A stretch of DNA of 64,000 nucleotides, taken from assembly GCA_977016875.1 (NCBI GenBank), contig CDRNST010000294.1:1674001-1738000 (forward strand), in the 5' to 3' direction. Positions 62,241 to 64,000 of the stretch are shown here, one piece after another. Each line of letters begins with the position of its first letter. Within the stretch, counting starts at the first letter, position 1. The notes below the pieces were generated by a model. It worked only from the letters and a program-made list of their open reading frames with translations, was not told the origin of the DNA and made no database searches. The position numbers and the translations under genes are program-made. Source of the DNA: Pavona decussata (lineage: Eukaryota).

Positions 62241-64000
62241 TTAAGTTTTTCGTCTTAATTCATTGACGTTGTGTGTACATAAAACGCTCCATCGGTTCAC
62301 AAAACAAACAAAAGGCAAACGTTTTTTGTTTTCCGCAGATACCACTTTCACCTCAACTAGACTATTATTTGGAACTCGATGACGCAGGCGCGTTAACTCT
62401 TCGTGTACTGTTGATATTAATTCGTCAAACCATCGTCAACTCTGGCTATCCAAGTCCTATCGTGAACATAACATTTTCCATTCATGGCAATAGTTTTAGT
62501 TCGTTCTTCGGTTTCGTAAATCAGTTTTTCAATGCTATACTCCCAGAAAGAGTAAACACGATAAACAGTGAGGAAATAAAGACTTTTCTTTTTATTTATT
62601 TATCTATTTATTTTATTTTTGTCTTACACCAATGGTGTCAAGACAACAGCCTTCCCGTCGGAGTATTTTACATAACTGACATGTACTGAGACGTGGGAAA
62701 TAAGGGTACTTTTTATCGTTTCATTGATCAGCGATACGATTTCACAACCGTCGATCATTGATCCCATTCGTTTTTCAGTTTCAGATGAATACACGTTTTC
62801 TACCCATTCAAGTCATGGTTCTACTCCGCTCATTACACTTCGGAATAAGTCACGAAAGATGGGGGAACAAATCATCGAACGCATCGACCTTGGAATGAGC
62901 ATAATACCTTCGAGTCAAAGAATCGTGGGCGAGATCAGCTTGTTGTCTGAATACATGACTTGTCGACACTTGATCAATTTGTTTCTCCCAAACCGTCTCA
63001 TTTGCTGTTTTCATTTGAATTTCGCTACCAACGAAATAGCTATAACTGGTGCTCGTCAAAACGTGCATTCACACGATACCATCAGGCGGTATGACATAAG
63101 ACTTCACTCAGAAGGCAACACACTCGTGCTGAGTGGCCCATACAACAATAACGTACAATGGAACATGCGATAAAAAAAATAATTCCTATCCCTTTTTCTT
63201 CACAGTTGTCAACCCTATTTGGTGTTTTTGATGTATTTGAAGTTTTCGTTTTCAACGATGCATTGCTAGACACATTTAGTCGAGAAGAATGGTGGGACCA
63301 TTACTTGAACACGACGTTTTATTCAAACGGCAACGTCACTTTCTAGTACCCAGACTATCTCAAAACTAAGATTTATTGTTAGCGCGCGCACTTTTCATTT
63401 AGTGAGAGAGCATAAGAAGATCATAGTTAGCGATGTAGTTTAGTTCTCCTTGTTAGAAACTATGCTGAAACCTTGTGTTATTATAAATGTTGAATGCAAT
63501 GTCAAATTAACTTTGATGTTTAAAGTCGAAAAAATTGATGACAAGAAGTCAATGACACTGACAGTCTTAATATCACGGAAAGAATGCTTTATTGTTTAAA
63601 CTTTTTTCTTAATTCTATGTTAAATCTGCTCCTATGTTTAGAACCATGAAAATGACTATGAGCAGACAATGCTACAAAAAGTTTTCGGGCCATGAGATAT
63701 TCCCAGATCAACATGACTAAAATCACAAGGATTCATGAATACCCATACTTTGACCGGAATCAAAAACCCGTTGTCATCTGTCAGATCATACATCTTGATA
63801 GCCGAATTTTTGTCAAAACTATAACACTGAAAGAACTGTGAAAGAAAACATTTTTTAGATTATTAGTCTTTTAACTGAAGGAACTCAAGCGATTTACGAG
63901 GAGAAATACATTTAACTATGGGTGGAAAAATTTGTTATTTGTTGTTTTCTAACTTTAATGAATTAAAAAACAAATTAATTGGCTGTCATTTTAGTATGGC

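Larger units (their letters stand above)
37994..63340 (+). mobile_element. Decayed Polinton/Maverick (adintovirus-like) element; boundaries approximate
   Basis: Contains pPolB, rve integrase, major capsid, FtsK/HerA-type ATPase, basic core-like proteins and a parvovirus-like PLA2. Left end is a guess at AGAGAAG (37994) before a G-rich tract; no matching right TIR seen. Confidence 0.85.

Noticed and set aside
62273-64000. Right Polinton TIR and ORFs 62273-63346
   Set aside because: No inverted match to the 38-kb end is visible and no motifs are recognisable in these ORFs.

Overview
AT-rich, intron-containing animal DNA. The repeat content and GIMAP-type genes suggest a cnidarian such as a stony coral (inference). 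Left half (2.2-34.2 kb): two intact head-to-head paralogous genes with 7 coding exons each, which the ORF track shows only as fragments. Spliced by hand, each encodes a ~900-aa protein without a signal peptide. The domain order is a stonustoxin-type MACPF/CDC-like pore-forming domain, a helical domain, an AIG1/GIMAP GTPase, a charged coiled coil and a C-terminal Hog (Hint + sterol-recognition-like) autoprocessing module. This is the main candidate for an undescribed system: a self-cleaving, possibly self-lipidating pore-forming immune GTPase pair, with a candidate shared promoter carrying IRF-like motifs. Right half (~38-63 kb): a decayed Polinton/Maverick (adintovirus-like) element with pPolB, integrase, major capsid, packaging ATPase and PLA2-like genes. 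It carries three nested transposons (a piggyBac with CTAG TSD, a TIR element with a ~9-bp TSD, and a CR1/L2-type LINE). Its accessory cargo includes an intact SLOG-domain gene that shares a promoter cassette with pPolB, a Maelstrom-like nuclease remnant, RING and GRF zinc-finger remnants, and a tRNA-like gene. All domain calls come from motif recognition by eye; no searches were run.
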